Shown here: piece after piece, positions 26,334 through 39,115 of the stretch
How positions within the stretch are numbered: the first letter of the stretch is position 1
How the letters are laid out: each line of letters begins with the position of its first letter
From: Piromyces finnis finn
Taxonomy: Eukaryota; Fungi; Neocallimastigomycota
Length of the DNA stretch: 64,000 bases
Reading direction: 5' to 3'
Assembly (NCBI GenBank): GCA_002104945.1
Contig: MCFH01000024.1
Coordinates: 1 to 64,000 of the forward strand
Translations under genes and position numbers: made by a program
Notes under the pieces: model-generated
Database searches by the model: none
Seen by the model: the letters and a program-made list of their open reading frames with translations, nothing else
Told to the model about the DNA's origin: nothing

Positions 26334-29300
26334 ATGGTAAAAATTATTTTAATACATAATACCATAGTACCTATATTGAATAATATTTAGAGTCTAACAA
26401 ATATAATATTTTTTTTATTCTATTTCTATTAGGGTTATTATTCTAATCAATTGAAAGCGTTGGTAAAGAGAAATATTCTCTTAAAAAAGGCTTCAAAAAT
26501 TAGAACCTTTTTTGAAATATTTTTACCTATTTTAATGGTGGTCATTACTTGTAAGATAATCTTCAATTTAAAAAAGAAATATAAAGATAGTATAAATTAA
26601 TAAATAATAATAGTAATAATAATAATACATTACTAATATGATTTTTATAATATTCTAATTTATCATATAGATTTAGTAAATAAAATATCAGAAACCAAAG
26701 TATATCCAGCAATGGATCCAACAGGAACTATAAATATTAATGATGTTTTTAGACAATTTTCAATGGCTATGCAATATCAATCAAAAGTACCAACTATTGG
26801 TATTGTATTACCAGAATCATCAAAGGATACTACTATTATAAATAAAATAAAGGAAAATGATATGTTTGTAAATTCTCCATTTGAATTTAGAAACTTTGAA
26901 AATCAAGATCAAATGAATGAATATAATAATGATTTTCATAATTTATTACTTGCTGGTATCATCTTTGAAAGTGATGACTTATTCCATTATACTATTAGAG
27001 TCAATAGTACTACTGCTCCGGAACCAAACGCCGATGATATCACAAATTATATTGAAGGTCGTTACAAATCTGAAAATGGTGAAATAGAAGCGGATACTTA
27101 TTCCTACGTCTTTTCTCCAATTCAAGCAGCAGTAGATCAAGCTATTATTCGTTTAAAAGCAAAGGATGATACAATTACATTGAAACATAATATTGGTAAA
27201 TTGGGTAAAGCTGCTTCTGAATATGACTTAACAGATAATGCAGGTAATCTTGGTTTTTATGTTTCTATGATCTTTATGATGCCTGTTATTGTCATTGCTG
27301 TTTCTCTTGTGAAAGAAAAAGAAGATGGAATTAAAAATGGTTTATTAATGGCTGGTACTCATCCAACATTATTTTGGCTTTCATGGCTTTCACTCTATGT
27401 AGCCATTTGCCTTTTCGTTTCGGTTATCATTACTATTATATTCCATTTCTCTGGTACTTTTTCAAATGTTAACATAATCATCATGATTTTAACCTTGCTT
27501 CTATACGGTTTAAGTTGTTGTAATTTAGCATTTGTTTTTAGTGCCTTTTTCAAAAGAACAAAAACAGCTGGTACGGTTATTTCCATTATTATTGTGTTCT
27601 TTTCTTATGCCAATATGGCTTTACCTTTCATAAGTCTCACTGTAAGAAAAATTGTATCTTTATTTTTATGTCAAATTACTATTGGTTCTTTTATATATGA
27701 AGTGGATGCCTTGGAAAATCATTTCCAAAAACTTTCATTCAGTAATATATTCACATCAAATGCAGGTTACTTTTTCCTAATGTTAATTATAAATAATATA
27801 TTATACTTTGTCCTGGGCCTTCTTTTTGATAATTTATTCTCAACCGAGGATAGTCAATACCTTTTCAAATTTAATAAAAAAATCGACGTTTCCGGTGAGG
27901 AGGATGAAAATACAAATGAAAAAGATGTTCAGGAAGATTTTAATTTCAAAAATGGTGCCAAGTGTATTGCCGAAGTGGATCATGTTTATAAAGTATTCCC
28001 AAAGAAAATCGACAGAGAAGATGAAAAAAAATCAATGGAAAAATCAAAAGAAAATAAAAATCAATTTTTGGCCGTAAACAACGTTAGCTTTAAGGTGTAT
28101 GAAAATGAAATTTTTGCAATTTTAGGTCATAATGGTGCTGGTAAAACAACCCTTATTAATATTATGGTTGGTCTTTTAAGAGCATCAAAAGGTGGCGTTT
28201 ATTATGATGGTTTAGACATTGCTAAGGATACAAACACTATTCGTAAAAATTTTGGTGTCTGTGCTCAAACGAATACTATTTTTGATGAACTTACCGTTGA
28301 AGATCATATTAAATTTATTGCTGATTTAAAGGATGTTCAGGTTGATGTCGATGAAGTTTTAACCGAAATCGATCTCATTCATCAAAAGAATTTAAAGGCA
28401 TCAAAATTAAGTGGTGGTCAAAAACGTAAACTTTGTATTGGTATGGCTACCATTGGTAATCCAAAATACGTCTTTTTAGATGAACCAACTACCGGTTTGG
28501 ACCCTCTTTCCAGAAGAAAAATTTGGGATCTTTTATTGAAAAAGAAAAAGGGAAGAGTTATTTTCCTTACCACCCACTATATGGATGAAGCCGATATTCT
28601 TGCTGACCGTAAATTAATTCTTTCCAAGGGTAAAATTCGTTGTCTTGGTACGAGTCTCTTCCTTAAAAATCATTTTAATATGTGCTACAATTTAGACGTA
28701 GAAACCAGTGATAAGGAACGTATTCATTCCATCATTCAACATCATTTGACCGATTTTACCTACGTTCGGAATCAAAATAAGGAGGATGATAGCTCCGGAG
28801 AAAAAAATAAAACTAGCAATAATTATGGCATTGAATGTCATACCTGGCGTTTACCATTAAATGCTACCGATAAATATGCCTTGCTTTTGAACGATTTAGA
28901 GGGTCAAATGAACCAGCAAAATGGTTTAGTTCAGAAATATGCTTTAAATATGCCAACCCTAGAAGAGTTATTTATTCGTTTAGAAGATCACTCTATTACT
29001 GCTGTTGAGGATGAGGATACCAAAGAAGAAATGTCGGGTCAGGAACACTTTAGAATACAAATGGATACAGAATTACCAAAATTAAAACCAGTCCAAAAAC
29101 CAAATAGCTTATTCCTTATTTTCTCTCTTGTCAAATCAAGAATAAAAATATTTACCAAGGACAAGGTATTTACCTTCTTTGCCATTCTTTTCCCAGCTAT
29201 TGCCACAGGGGTCATGTTCTTTATTGCCAATAAAATCTTTAATGGAGATCCAAAACCAACAGAATCAAGAGTACTTTCCGTTCAAAATGTTTATGGCAAC

Positions 29301-31520
29301 ACCTATTTAAACTATGAACCTCAATCGCAACTTCATCTTTCCAAAGAAAATATTCTTGTGGGAACAGGTATTCATGACAACATGCTCTCTTCACATTCCT
29401 TAACGGAAATCCCTAATCCAGAAATAGGAGGTACCTATTATCTTTCTTCTCTTGGTGGTCAAGAAGTTGAAAATACCTATGACTTACAAATTCACTACAA
29501 TGATACCATGACCCATGCCTTACCAGCAACGTTTAATGCTATTAGTAATGCTATTCTTGCCTCCAAAAATATTGATGGTAGAATTGTTACCACTTCTCAT
29601 ACATTTGCTAAAGGAGATGATACCATGGCTATTGTTAGTTTGTCTTTGGCTGGATTTATGATTGGATACTATATTTCAAATAATATTAATCGTTTTGGTC
29701 CTTTAGTTGTTCGTGAAAGATCCAACCAACTTTTACAACAACTTCAATTAAATGGTGTATCTCGTTTGAACTATTGGATTTCCTGCTTCATTTCTGATAT
29801 CCTTCTTTTCATTATTACTTGTATTTTAATTTTCATTATTGGTTTACTTGTTCGTTATGAACCTTTAATGGACTTTAAGATCATCGTCATCATCTTTATA
29901 TTATTAATTATTTGGAGTGTTGCTTCCATGCTATTCCAATACGTTACCAGTTTTCTTTTCGAAAAAGAAGATACGGCTTTCTCCATGTCTTCCTTTATAA
30001 ATACTTATCCTGCTATCTTTGGTTATATTATCTTTATTTTAATTAACGGAAAGTATAGTGTTGTCGAAGGTATTCTTGAAGGAAAGGGAATTCTTGCCAC
30101 TGTTCCAAACGTATATAATATAGTTCTTTCAGCTCTTTTCCCATCCTATGGTTTTATTGGTATGGTGAATTCAATTTTCACCATGAAGGTATACGAAAAA
30201 TTAATCCACTATGAAATAAAACTTTCCACTCTTTTAAGATTTGATAATGGTATTTTACCGATCATTATTGTTCATGCGGTCCAAGCCGTCCTTTATTTCC
30301 TCCTCATAATTAATCTCGACCGTAAAATAAATCAAACCAATAAAAGTGATATATACGATATCCCATCCGGTGTCCTTCAACGATGCCAAGAACATCTTGA
30401 CGAAGGGGATGATGACGTCAAAAAAGAATATGAATATGTCAAGGAAAACCAATTTGATCTTCCATTGAGTGTTCTTCACCTCAGTAAGGAATACAAAGCA
30501 TCCCTTCCTTCCGATAAAGAAAAGGCTGCAGAAATTTCTGCTAGAGATCCTCAAAACTTTACCTTTGGTGAAATTCATAAATCTCCGGTTACGGGTAAAT
30601 ACGTTAAGACTGCCGTCATTGATGTTAACTTTGGAGTTAGAAATCATGAATGTTTTGGTCTTTTAGGTCCAAATGGTGCTGGTAAGTCTACCACCTTAAA
30701 CACCGTAACCTCTACCATTCCACAAACTACGGGTAAGGTTTGTTTTAATGGAGTAGAAACTCATATTGCACGTTTAGGTGAAATTTCCATGGGTTACTGT
30801 CCACAAAACGATATTCTCTGGAAGGAATTAACTCTTCGTGAACATCTTGAACTTTTCTTAAGAATTCGTGGATACACCTCTCAAGAAGCTCGAGACTATG
30901 CTACACGTTATATTGATATTATTGGTGTTGAAGAACATCAAAATAAACGTGCCGATAATTTAAGTGGTGGTACCAAGCGTAAACTTTCTCTTTTAATTGC
31001 TATTTGTGGCTATCCAAAACAAATTCTTTTAGATGAACCTTCCGCTGGTATGGATCCATCCACTCGTCGTTTAGTTTGGAATATTATTAAGAAAACTAAA
31101 AACATGAATGATTCTGCCGTGATTATGACTACTCATTCTATGGAAGAAGCCGAATTCTTATGTGATCGTTTAGCCATTCTTGTCAATGGACGTCTTTCTT
31201 GTATCGGTTCTCCTGAACATTTAAAGATGAAATTTGGCGATAGTTATATTCTTGAACTTCAATCTAAGGATGTAGAACGTTTCCATCATGAAATTATTGA
31301 AAATGGTAAATTATTTGGGGAAAAGGAATACAAAATGGATAAATCTTCCAGTGATCGTGTAAAATATGAAGTTAAAATGACCCATAATATTGGTTATGTC
31401 TTTGGTATTATGGAAAATTGTAAAAAGAGTGGTCTTGTCACCGATTATAGTTTTAATCAAACCACCCTAGAACAAATATTTATTAACTTTGCAAAGGAAC
31501 AAATTATTACTACAGAATAA
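26334..31520 (+). CDS. ABCA-subfamily full ABC transporter, 3 exons (26334-26336, 26433-26550, 26671-31520), ~1656 aa
   Basis: Two TMDs and two NBDs: GHNGAGKTT/LSGGQKRKL/LDEPTTGLD and GPNGAGKST/LSGGTKRKL/LDEPSAGMD. The upstream exon GYYSNQLKALVKRNILLKK..FEIFLP is the typical ABCA N-terminus and splices in frame to the 1602-aa ORF. Confidence 0.95.
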
Positions 31521-32091
31521 AAAAAAATAAATCAATTCATATTACCAAGATGGCAAAAAAAAAAAAAAAAAAAAAAAACTTCGCATTTCCTATTTAATAT
31601 ATTTAATATATAATGATTATTTATAAAAAGAATCGTCATTCTAATAATAAAAAAAATAAAAAAAAAAACTAATAAAATTTATTTCTATCATTCAATGATT
31701 ATTATATAAAATTATAAAATAATTACTACTAAATTATATCAAATAAAATAAATAAAAAAAAACTTTTAAAATATTTAATATATTTAATTATTTCATATTT
31801 AATTACCATCAAAAAATAATATAAAATAAATAAAAATAATTAAATCATCCACATCAAAAAAAAAAAAAAAAATTTTATTTTTTATTTTTATTTTTTTTTA
31901 ATTTCCATAAAAGAAAGAAATTTTATTATTATTAATACTATTAATATTAATTATATATTGTTTTTTTTTGTTTTTCTCATAAAAAAAATAGGCATAACAT
32001 ACACATAAATAAAGGATAAATAAATTTATAAAAAAAAAAAAAGTAATTTTAAAACTAAAACAAATAAACAAGAAAAAAAATTATTATTATA

Positions 32092-32094
<3 letters not shown>

Positions 32095-32133
<39 letters not shown>
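32095..32133. repeat. (AAT)n microsatellite
   Basis: Seen directly. Confidence 0.85.
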
Positions 32134-32134
<1 letters not shown>

Positions 32135-32520
32135 TATTTTTTTTAAAATTTATAATAAAATATAAATATATATAAATACATCGATACATTGATGATGGCT
32201 CTATCTATCTATCTATCTATTTATCTATATTTTTTTTATCGATTATTTTAAAAATGTATACAACCTATAAAAAACTAAATTATAAATTTTATTTATTTTT
32301 TTTTTTTAAATTATTTCTTTTTAAAAAAAAAAAAAAAAGGTAGAAAAAAAAAAAAAAAGTAGGCTCCCGAAATAAAATTAGGTATTAACCATTATTTGTC
32401 ATCATGCATTATTATCCTTATATCTATTATTATTATCGTCATTGTCGCTTAAAAATTTTATAATCGTATACTAATTTTTGGAGGATTCTGTTAATACTTT
32501 GAGGTGTAAAGTTCACCACT

Positions 32521-35500
32521 TTATTTTTTATTTTTAGCTTTTTTGATTTGTGGTCGATATCTAGCATCTAAAAGAATTTTCGCAATTGGTACATTATTTT
32601 GTTTAATGGTGAGCTTAAGCGGTGTGAGATAATTTGGTAATTGATAATAGGGATTGGCATGATGAAACATAAGTAATTCAACTAATTCTATTTGATCCTT
32701 TTCAATGGCATATATTAATGGAACTTTACATTCCTGTGGATGTTCATAATTGACATTGGCACCAAGTAAGAGAATTAACCCTATAAACTCAAAAAGTTTA
32801 AAATATTCTGAGGTTTTCACGATAGGTGTCGTTGGCGCGGGCAATGCCTGTTTTTTGGTCGATACCACCTTTTCAAGATAAAGTTTGATAAGATACAATA
32901 ATGGAGTATTTTGATCTTTATCTAACTCGTTAATATTAAAATCTTTGTGCTTCGATAGATAGTTTAATCCCTGCCGATTTTGATATTTTAAACAATAATA
33001 AAGTGGTGTCAAATGATCAGGTCCATAGGTCTGATGAATCGATAGGTTTGGTAATAATAAATCCAAAAGCTGAGAAGATTGTTGTCGCTGATAGTTTTTT
33101 AAAAGGTATGAGAGGGGTGTGTCTCCATGGTTATCTGGTATTGTTAAATCCGGATGATAGGAAAGTAGTGTACGAACACATTCCAATTTTTCATATTTTA
33201 TGGATAATAAAAGTGGTGTGGTATTTTCAGGACCTCCTACTTCATTTAAATCTTCTATAAAATTTTTTAAATACGCTTTAATACATATAGGTTTATTATG
33301 AATACAATAGTAATGCAATTCGGGGTAACCTTCAACAATAACTTTTCTTTTTTCCTTCAATTTAGTATGACCAGCATTTTCCGGTTGATCTGATTCCTTT
33401 ATTTTATCGGTAGGATTGATTTTATTTTCCATGATAGTTTCATTTACCTCGGCTTTATTTTCTTTTCTATTTATATTTGTGTCAGAGTCTGTATTCTGAT
33501 TTTTATCTTTTTCTAATTCAGTTATGGTATCATCTTTCCTTGTTTCCTTATTCTCTTTTTCTTCATCTGAAAATGAACTTTTTGTTTCCTTATTCTCTTT
33601 TTCTTCATCTGAAAATGAACTTTTTGTTTCCTTATTCTCTTTTTCTTCATCTGAAAATGAACTTTTTGTTTCCTTATTCTCTTTTTCTTCATCTGAAAAT
33701 GAACTTTTTGTTTCCTTATTCTCTTTTTCTTCATCTGAAAATGAACTTTTTGTTTCCTTATTCTCTTTTTTTTCATCTGAAAATGAACTTTTTGTTTCCT
33801 TATTCTCTTTCTTTTCATCTAAAGATATAGGGTTTGTTTCATTCATTTCATAAGATTTCACGATTTTCTCTTTGTCATCTTCATCATCACTCATTGCTGC
33901 TCTCAACTTTTCTTCGTCACTTTTATTCTCTGAATTAATATGACTAGATATTGAAATATATTCACTCTTAACTTTTCTCAAAACTTTTATTTTTTCTTTA
34001 TCTGGTTCATTGTTTTGTACTGGTATAGATGAGGTATTTAATTTAACAAGATTATTGGGATAGAGAGGATATTCATCACTTTTATTATAGCCATCTTCTT
34101 CACTTGGTGATTTTAAATCTTGATTAGTAAAATGAAAAACATTCACCATACTTTTATTACCTGGTAGTAACGGAAGATTGGATATTTCAGCAGATGTATT
34201 TTTCAATGAATCGATGTACAATTTTATTTCACGTATATAACGATCCCCAGCTTTGGGTTTTGTTTTTAATTCAAGTTCATTAATTGGATAACATACTTTT
34301 AATCGTTTGTATTCTTTGGAATGAAATACTTCATACACAAGCTTTGGATGATAATTGTATAATATTTTTTTAAATAAATTAAAATTATTGCAAAGAATAG
34401 TATGGAAAAGAGGAGAATGTTCATGTTCATCTCTTTCTTCAACCGGTGCCCCATTTTCCAATAAAGCGTTAACCAAATTGGTTTTTGTTCTATCAATAAA
34501 AAAAATAAGTGGTGTGGAAATATGTTCTACTTCACCATTTGACTTTTGGACATAAAATCCATTTCTAATAATAGATTTAATCAAACCCACATTTCTTTCT
34601 ATTAAATAACAAAGATCCTTTAACCACTCACTCTTCTCATTAACTCTTACATAGCTTTGATCAATGGCAGCTCTCTGCTTATACAATATATTAAAGGTTT
34701 CTTCATCATCAATCACATGATCAATTAAATGACTCATTATAGATTTTCCGTCGATAACCATTTGATTAGATATTAAAGGATGCTTTATTATTATTTTTTT
34801 TAATAAATCGTAATTTCGTTCTTTAATAACTTGCTTCATTAAATCATTGGTAATTTTATTACCTTTAAAATTAAAATTTACAGCGAAACGACTTTCTTTA
34901 TATTTCATTAGTATATTAAAATATCCTTCTCGATCTTTTTTATTTAAATCATTGTTGTGTAGAAGATACATAAAAGGAGTTTCACCATCTTTGTTTTTCT
35001 TATTGAGATCTGGATGGTAGCTATACAAGAGTTCTCTAAAAAAATCAATATTATTTATTTTTATACTTATAAAAATAGGAGTCATACCTTGATTATCAGG
35101 TTGATTTGTTGAAATTCCAACATCCAATATTTTTTTTGCCAAAATTAATCTTTCTTTTTTAATAAAAAAGTTTACAGGATTAAAAATATGAATTATTTGT
35201 CCTTGTTTATTAGTTGTCACTAATCCACGTCGAGCTATTGTTCGTATAAGACTATTATTATCTTCAATAAAAGAAACTCGATCTTTGTATGTAAATTCAT
35301 AAGGAATAATAAAACCTTTTTTTACATATAATAAATTGTATAGTTCCTCATCTCTTATTTTATTGTTGATAAGCTCTTTCATTATAAAAGCGAAATCTAC
35401 ATTAATTTTTGTAGAAAAAGAAAGAATATTTTTTTTAAATTCTTCTAGATCTCTAACCCTAATGCCATCAATAAGAGATTTCATTAATTTTTTTTCATTT

Positions 35501-35583
35501 GGATTACTAATATTATCTATCCATAATATGTTGGATGGAAAAGATGGCAAAGGATTAATAAACGGGTTGTATATATTATACAT
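32521..35583 (-). CDS. Ankyrin-repeat protein, 1020 aa, with a central charged repeat linker
   Basis: Ankyrin motifs GMTPIFISIK, GETPFMYLL, HSPLFHTIL, TTPLLLSIK, GDTPLSYLL, NTPLLYLIK and VPLIYAIEK flank a low-complexity E/K/S region. Confidence 0.9.
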   Translation of the reverse strand: MYNIYNPFINPLPSFPSNILWIDNISNPNEKKLMKSLIDGIRVRDLEEFKKNILSFSTKINVDFAFIMKELINNKIRDEELYNLLYVKKGFIIPYEFTYKDRVSFIEDNNSLIRTIARRGLVTTNKQGQIIHIFNPVNFFIKKERLILAKKILDVGISTNQPDNQGMTPIFISIKINNIDFFRELLYSYHPDLNKKNKDGETPFMYLLHNNDLNKKDREGYFNILMKYKESRFAVNFNFKGNKITNDLMKQVIKERNYDLLKKIIIKHPLISNQMVIDGKSIMSHLIDHVIDDEETFNILYKQRAAIDQSYVRVNEKSEWLKDLCYLIERNVGLIKSIIRNGFYVQKSNGEVEHISTPLIFFIDRTKTNLVNALLENGAPVEERDEHEHSPLFHTILCNNFNLFKKILYNYHPKLVYEVFHSKEYKRLKVCYPINELELKTKPKAGDRYIREIKLYIDSLKNTSAEISNLPLLPGNKSMVNVFHFTNQDLKSPSEEDGYNKSDEYPLYPNNLVKLNTSSIPVQNNEPDKEKIKVLRKVKSEYISISSHINSENKSDEEKLRAAMSDDEDDKEKIVKSYEMNETNPISLDEKKENKETKSSFSDEKKENKETKSSFSDEEKENKETKSSFSDEEKENKETKSSFSDEEKENKETKSSFSDEEKENKETKSSFSDEEKENKETRKDDTITELEKDKNQNTDSDTNINRKENKAEVNETIMENKINPTDKIKESDQPENAGHTKLKEKRKVIVEGYPELHYYCIHNKPICIKAYLKNFIEDLNEVGGPENTTPLLLSIKYEKLECVRTLLSYHPDLTIPDNHGDTPLSYLLKNYQRQQSSQLLDLLLPNLSIHQTYGPDHLTPLYYCLKYQNRQGLNYLSKHKDFNINELDKDQNTPLLYLIKLYLEKVVSTKKQALPAPTTPIVKTSEYFKLFEFIGLILLLGANVNYEHPQECKVPLIYAIEKDQIELVELLMFHHANPYYQLPNYLTPLKLTIKQNNVPIAKILLDARYRPQIKKAKNKK
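33540..33822 (-). repeat. 42-bp coding minisatellite, about 6.7 copies (DEEKENKETKSSFS)
   Basis: Near-perfect tandem units, in frame within the ankyrin ORF. Confidence 0.95.
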
Positions 35584-36154
35584 ATTATGGTATATGTTTA
35601 AAAAAATGTTTTTTTTTTTTTATATATATATATACGAATTAAAATCTTTCTTCTACAGATTCTGATTAAATAATTTAATGAATAAAAAAGCTTCTTTCTT
35701 TTTAATCTTGATGTATTTTCAGATATAATGTAAATAAAATAATTCAGGTTACAGTTGATAAAAAAGAATAATTACCGGATTTTTATAAATAAAAGGTTTC
35801 TTTTCAAGTATATATTTTAAAAGGTATATTGTTTAGTTAAGTTTAATTCGTCTAATAGTTATTATTTTAGTTTTTATTTGTTTTTATATATACAAATTTA
35901 AATATTCAACCATTTGAAATTCATACTCCTATTAACATTACTTATTATATTTACATTTATCATATAAAAAAAAAAAAAAATTAAAAAATTTAAGTTTTCA
36001 TATTTAATTAAAAAAAAATCATTTTTTAATTATTATTTTTTACCAATAATAATTTCACTTTGCAAATTAATTTTTTAATGTTTAATCTGTAAAGTTTAAC
36101 ATTTAAAATTATTGTATGTTGAATAGAAAAAAAAATTATTAAACTTTTTTATAT

Positions 36155-36185
<31 letters not shown>

Positions 36186-36443
36186 TTTGGTATCAAATTT
36201 CCTCATATATTTTACTAAAAATGGATCATAAACCTTTTAATAACTTTTTTATCTATTTTTTTTTTTTTTTAAATAGTTAACAAATAATCATAATATCAGC
36301 AAAGAATAATATCATCAAAAAACTATCAATGGTTAAAATTGAATTAATAATAAGTATTTGAACTTTATTAATTCTTCTTTCTTTATTAGAATGTTGGAAT
36401 AGGATCAAACAATGGAAAATAATAATAAATCATTAAAATAAAA

Positions 36444-36478
<35 letters not shown>

Positions 36479-36673
36479 GCATCAAATATTTTAAACTTTA
36501 TTATTAATTTAATTAAAATTATAATACATGTAATATAAGAATTAAAATAAAATAAAAATAAAAAAAATATGTTTAAATAAACACAAATGAATAAAAATAG
36601 GGTATAATGTATTCTAGTAATTTTAATTAAAGTAAAAAAGCCACTATTATACTAAAGTATAATAATTGTATTT

Positions 36674-36801
36674 GACTTCCAATGGGACACCGAGCCAAAG
36701 ACCAAAATTTTATCATGGGACAAAATTATGATCTCCATTGGTTGCGCTGGCCCTCCTGGCCTGTCTTACTGTTTCTTCAGCATTGACGCTCTTGGATGTT
36801 G
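36674..36801 (-). mobile_element. Short retroposon-like / LINE 3'-end fragment related to the 56995-57140 insert
   Basis: GC-rich island. Its reverse complement matches the first 44 nt of the 57-kb insert at 39/44, and both end near GGAAGT(C/T)AAA. No TSD is visible for this copy. Confidence 0.7.
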
Positions 36802-37127
36802 AAAATAAAAAAAAAATAAAATAAAAATATTTATTAAAAAAAAAAAAAAAAAAATTATATATACACTATAAAAATATATTTTTAATATTATATTTAATAT
36901 AAATAAACCATAATTATAGAATTTATTATAAAAAAAACTTTTATTGATACATTAATTTTACAACTTTTAAAAATTAATGGTATTAAAAAATAAAGTTTCA
37001 ATATTTGTAAATTGATAATAGATATATGAATAAATTTTAAAAAAAAATTATAATTATTATTCTATCAAAAATTTTTAAAAAAAAAAATAAATTAATGTTT
37101 AATTAGAAAAATAAAAAGTATTTTTTT

Positions 37128-39115
37128 TTATTTGCAAACACCAAATTCTGATTGACAACCCTTTATTATTGCACAATGGGCAGAAGAGGTTCCACAGTAA
37201 CCATTTTTACTACAGCATCTACTAGAAGAACATTGACCATTTTCTGATCCACATTTACAATCACCGAATTCTGATTGACAACCCTTTGCTGATGAGCAAT
37301 AAGCAGAGGTTAAACCACAATATCCTTTTCTACTACAACATCTTCCACTAGAACATTGTCCATTTTCTGAACCACATTTACATTGACCAAATTCTGATTG
37401 ACAACCCTTTGCTGATGAGCAATAAGCAGAGGTTAAACCACAATATCCTTTTCTACTACAACATCTACCACTAGAACATTGTCCATTAACTTCACCACAC
37501 TTACATTCACCGAATTCTGATTGACAACCCTTTGCTGATGAGCAATAAGCAGAGGTTAAGCCACAGTATCCCTTTTTACTACAGCATCTACCACCAGAAC
37601 ATTGTCCATTTTCTGAACCACATTTACATTGACCAAATTCTGATTGACAACCCTTTGCTGATGAGCAATAAGCAGAAGTTAATCCACAGTATCCCTTTTT
37701 ACTACAGCATTGACCATCTGGGCATGATCCATATTTTTCACCGCAACGACCATAATTTGGACATTTACTTGAATAACTTTCTTCGCTGTAACTATGAATT
37801 TAAATATATAAATATATATATATTATATTTGATATTTAGAAATTTAGAAAAAAAATTTTTTTTTCCTTATTATTTATAAATATTTATAATTACATATCCA
37901 AAGATTGTTTATTGGTAAGAACACTAGGAATAGATTTTATACAATTTTTACTGATGTTTCTACATAAAATTTATAAAAAATAAAATTATTATTAGTATAT
38001 TAAAAAATACAGTTTATTTTATATCTATCAAATTAATTTTTTTTATTCCTATTTTCTTTAAAGATAATAAACATACAATTCATAAAGACGTCCTAAATTT
38101 CCTAATGAAGTTGGAATTGAAGTAATATTATTTTCAGATAAATCTCTGTGAATATAAAGTGTTAACAAAATATTCAATTTTTTAATCTTTATGTTATTTC
38201 TCATTTTAAAAAAATATTAATTGAATCTATTTATTATATACTATTTTAATACACTTACAATTTTTTTAAGTTATTTATATTTCCCATTGTTTCAGGTATT
38301 TCTGTTAATTTATTAAAAGATAAGTTACTGTAAAAATAAATATATATTATTTAATAATATCATGAATGTTATAAAATTATATAAAAACATAAACAAAAAA
38401 ATTAATAAATATATATACAGTATGTAATAACTTTAATATTCTATAAAATTAAATACAATGACAATATATATTTACATCTCATATACATTTTCTAGATTGC
38501 CAATTTCTTTTGGAATTTCTTTTATTTGGTTATGTGAAAAATCTCTTTTTTTTTAAAAAAAAATAAATAAAATTTTTTAAAATTAGTATAAAAAAAAGCT
38601 ATAATTTTCCTAATTACATATATACTAATATATATGATATTTATTCTATATAAACTTACATATATGAAAGGTTATTTAATTTTCCAATATCTTTGGAAAT
38701 TACTTCTAAATGTCCAGTAGAAAATAATCTATATAAAAAAATTAATTATATATTTTATAATTTTAATATCTATATATATCACAGTTTTTTTCTTTACTTA
38801 CAATCGACTTAATGAAGTAACCTCAAAAATAAATTCTGGAATGGATGTTAAAGATTCTGAGGTTGTTGAGTAATATCTTTTTAATAGGTATGATAAAGTT
38901 AATAGAGTTATATTTTTAAAAAAGAATAGAATCATTTAAAAAAAAGGATTCATAATATTTTACAATTCACTGGCTTCATTGGATCTATTATCATAACATA
39001 ACAAAGGTGAACAACTAATATTGTTAGTTTTAAAATTATTTTCTATATCCTGGCATGAATAGGCTAATGCAATAGCAACATTAAAAGTTAAACTTGAAAT
39101 GAATTTAAATTTCAT
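37128..39115 (-). CDS. Secreted LRR + 5x CBM18 (hevein/chitin-binding type 1) protein, 8 exons, ~410 aa; not in the ORF track
   Basis: Exons 39115-38964 (signal MKFKFISSLTFNVAIALA), 38876-38802, 38728-38660, 38544-38476, 38327-38259, 38145-38077, 37959-37894 (LRRs such as DFSHNQIKEIPKEIGNLENV and DLSENNITSIPTSLGNLGRL) and 37791-37128 (5x C..CCSKKGYCGLTSAYCSSAKGCQSEFGxC). All junctions are GT-AG; the total of 1233 nt is in frame. Confidence 0.92.
37131..37746 (-). repeat. 123-bp tandem repeat (5 CBM18 units)
   Basis: Recurrent AATTCTGATTGACAACCCTTTGCTGATGAGCAATAAGCAGA at ~123-bp spacing. Confidence 0.9.

Noticed and set aside
27395-30666. Small ORFs inside the ABCA CDS
   Set aside because: Off-frame or antisense shadows of a long coding region.
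33477-33853. Three short ORFs with periodic sequence
   Set aside because: Alternative frames and strand of the 42-bp minisatellite in the ankyrin CDS.
37131-37746. Regularly spaced repeats resembling a CRISPR array
   Set aside because: The whole 123-bp unit is repeated and codes for CBM18; no unique spacers, eukaryotic context, no cas genes.
37532-37879. 115-aa plus-strand ORF with internal repeat
   Set aside because: Antisense shadow of the CBM18 exon.
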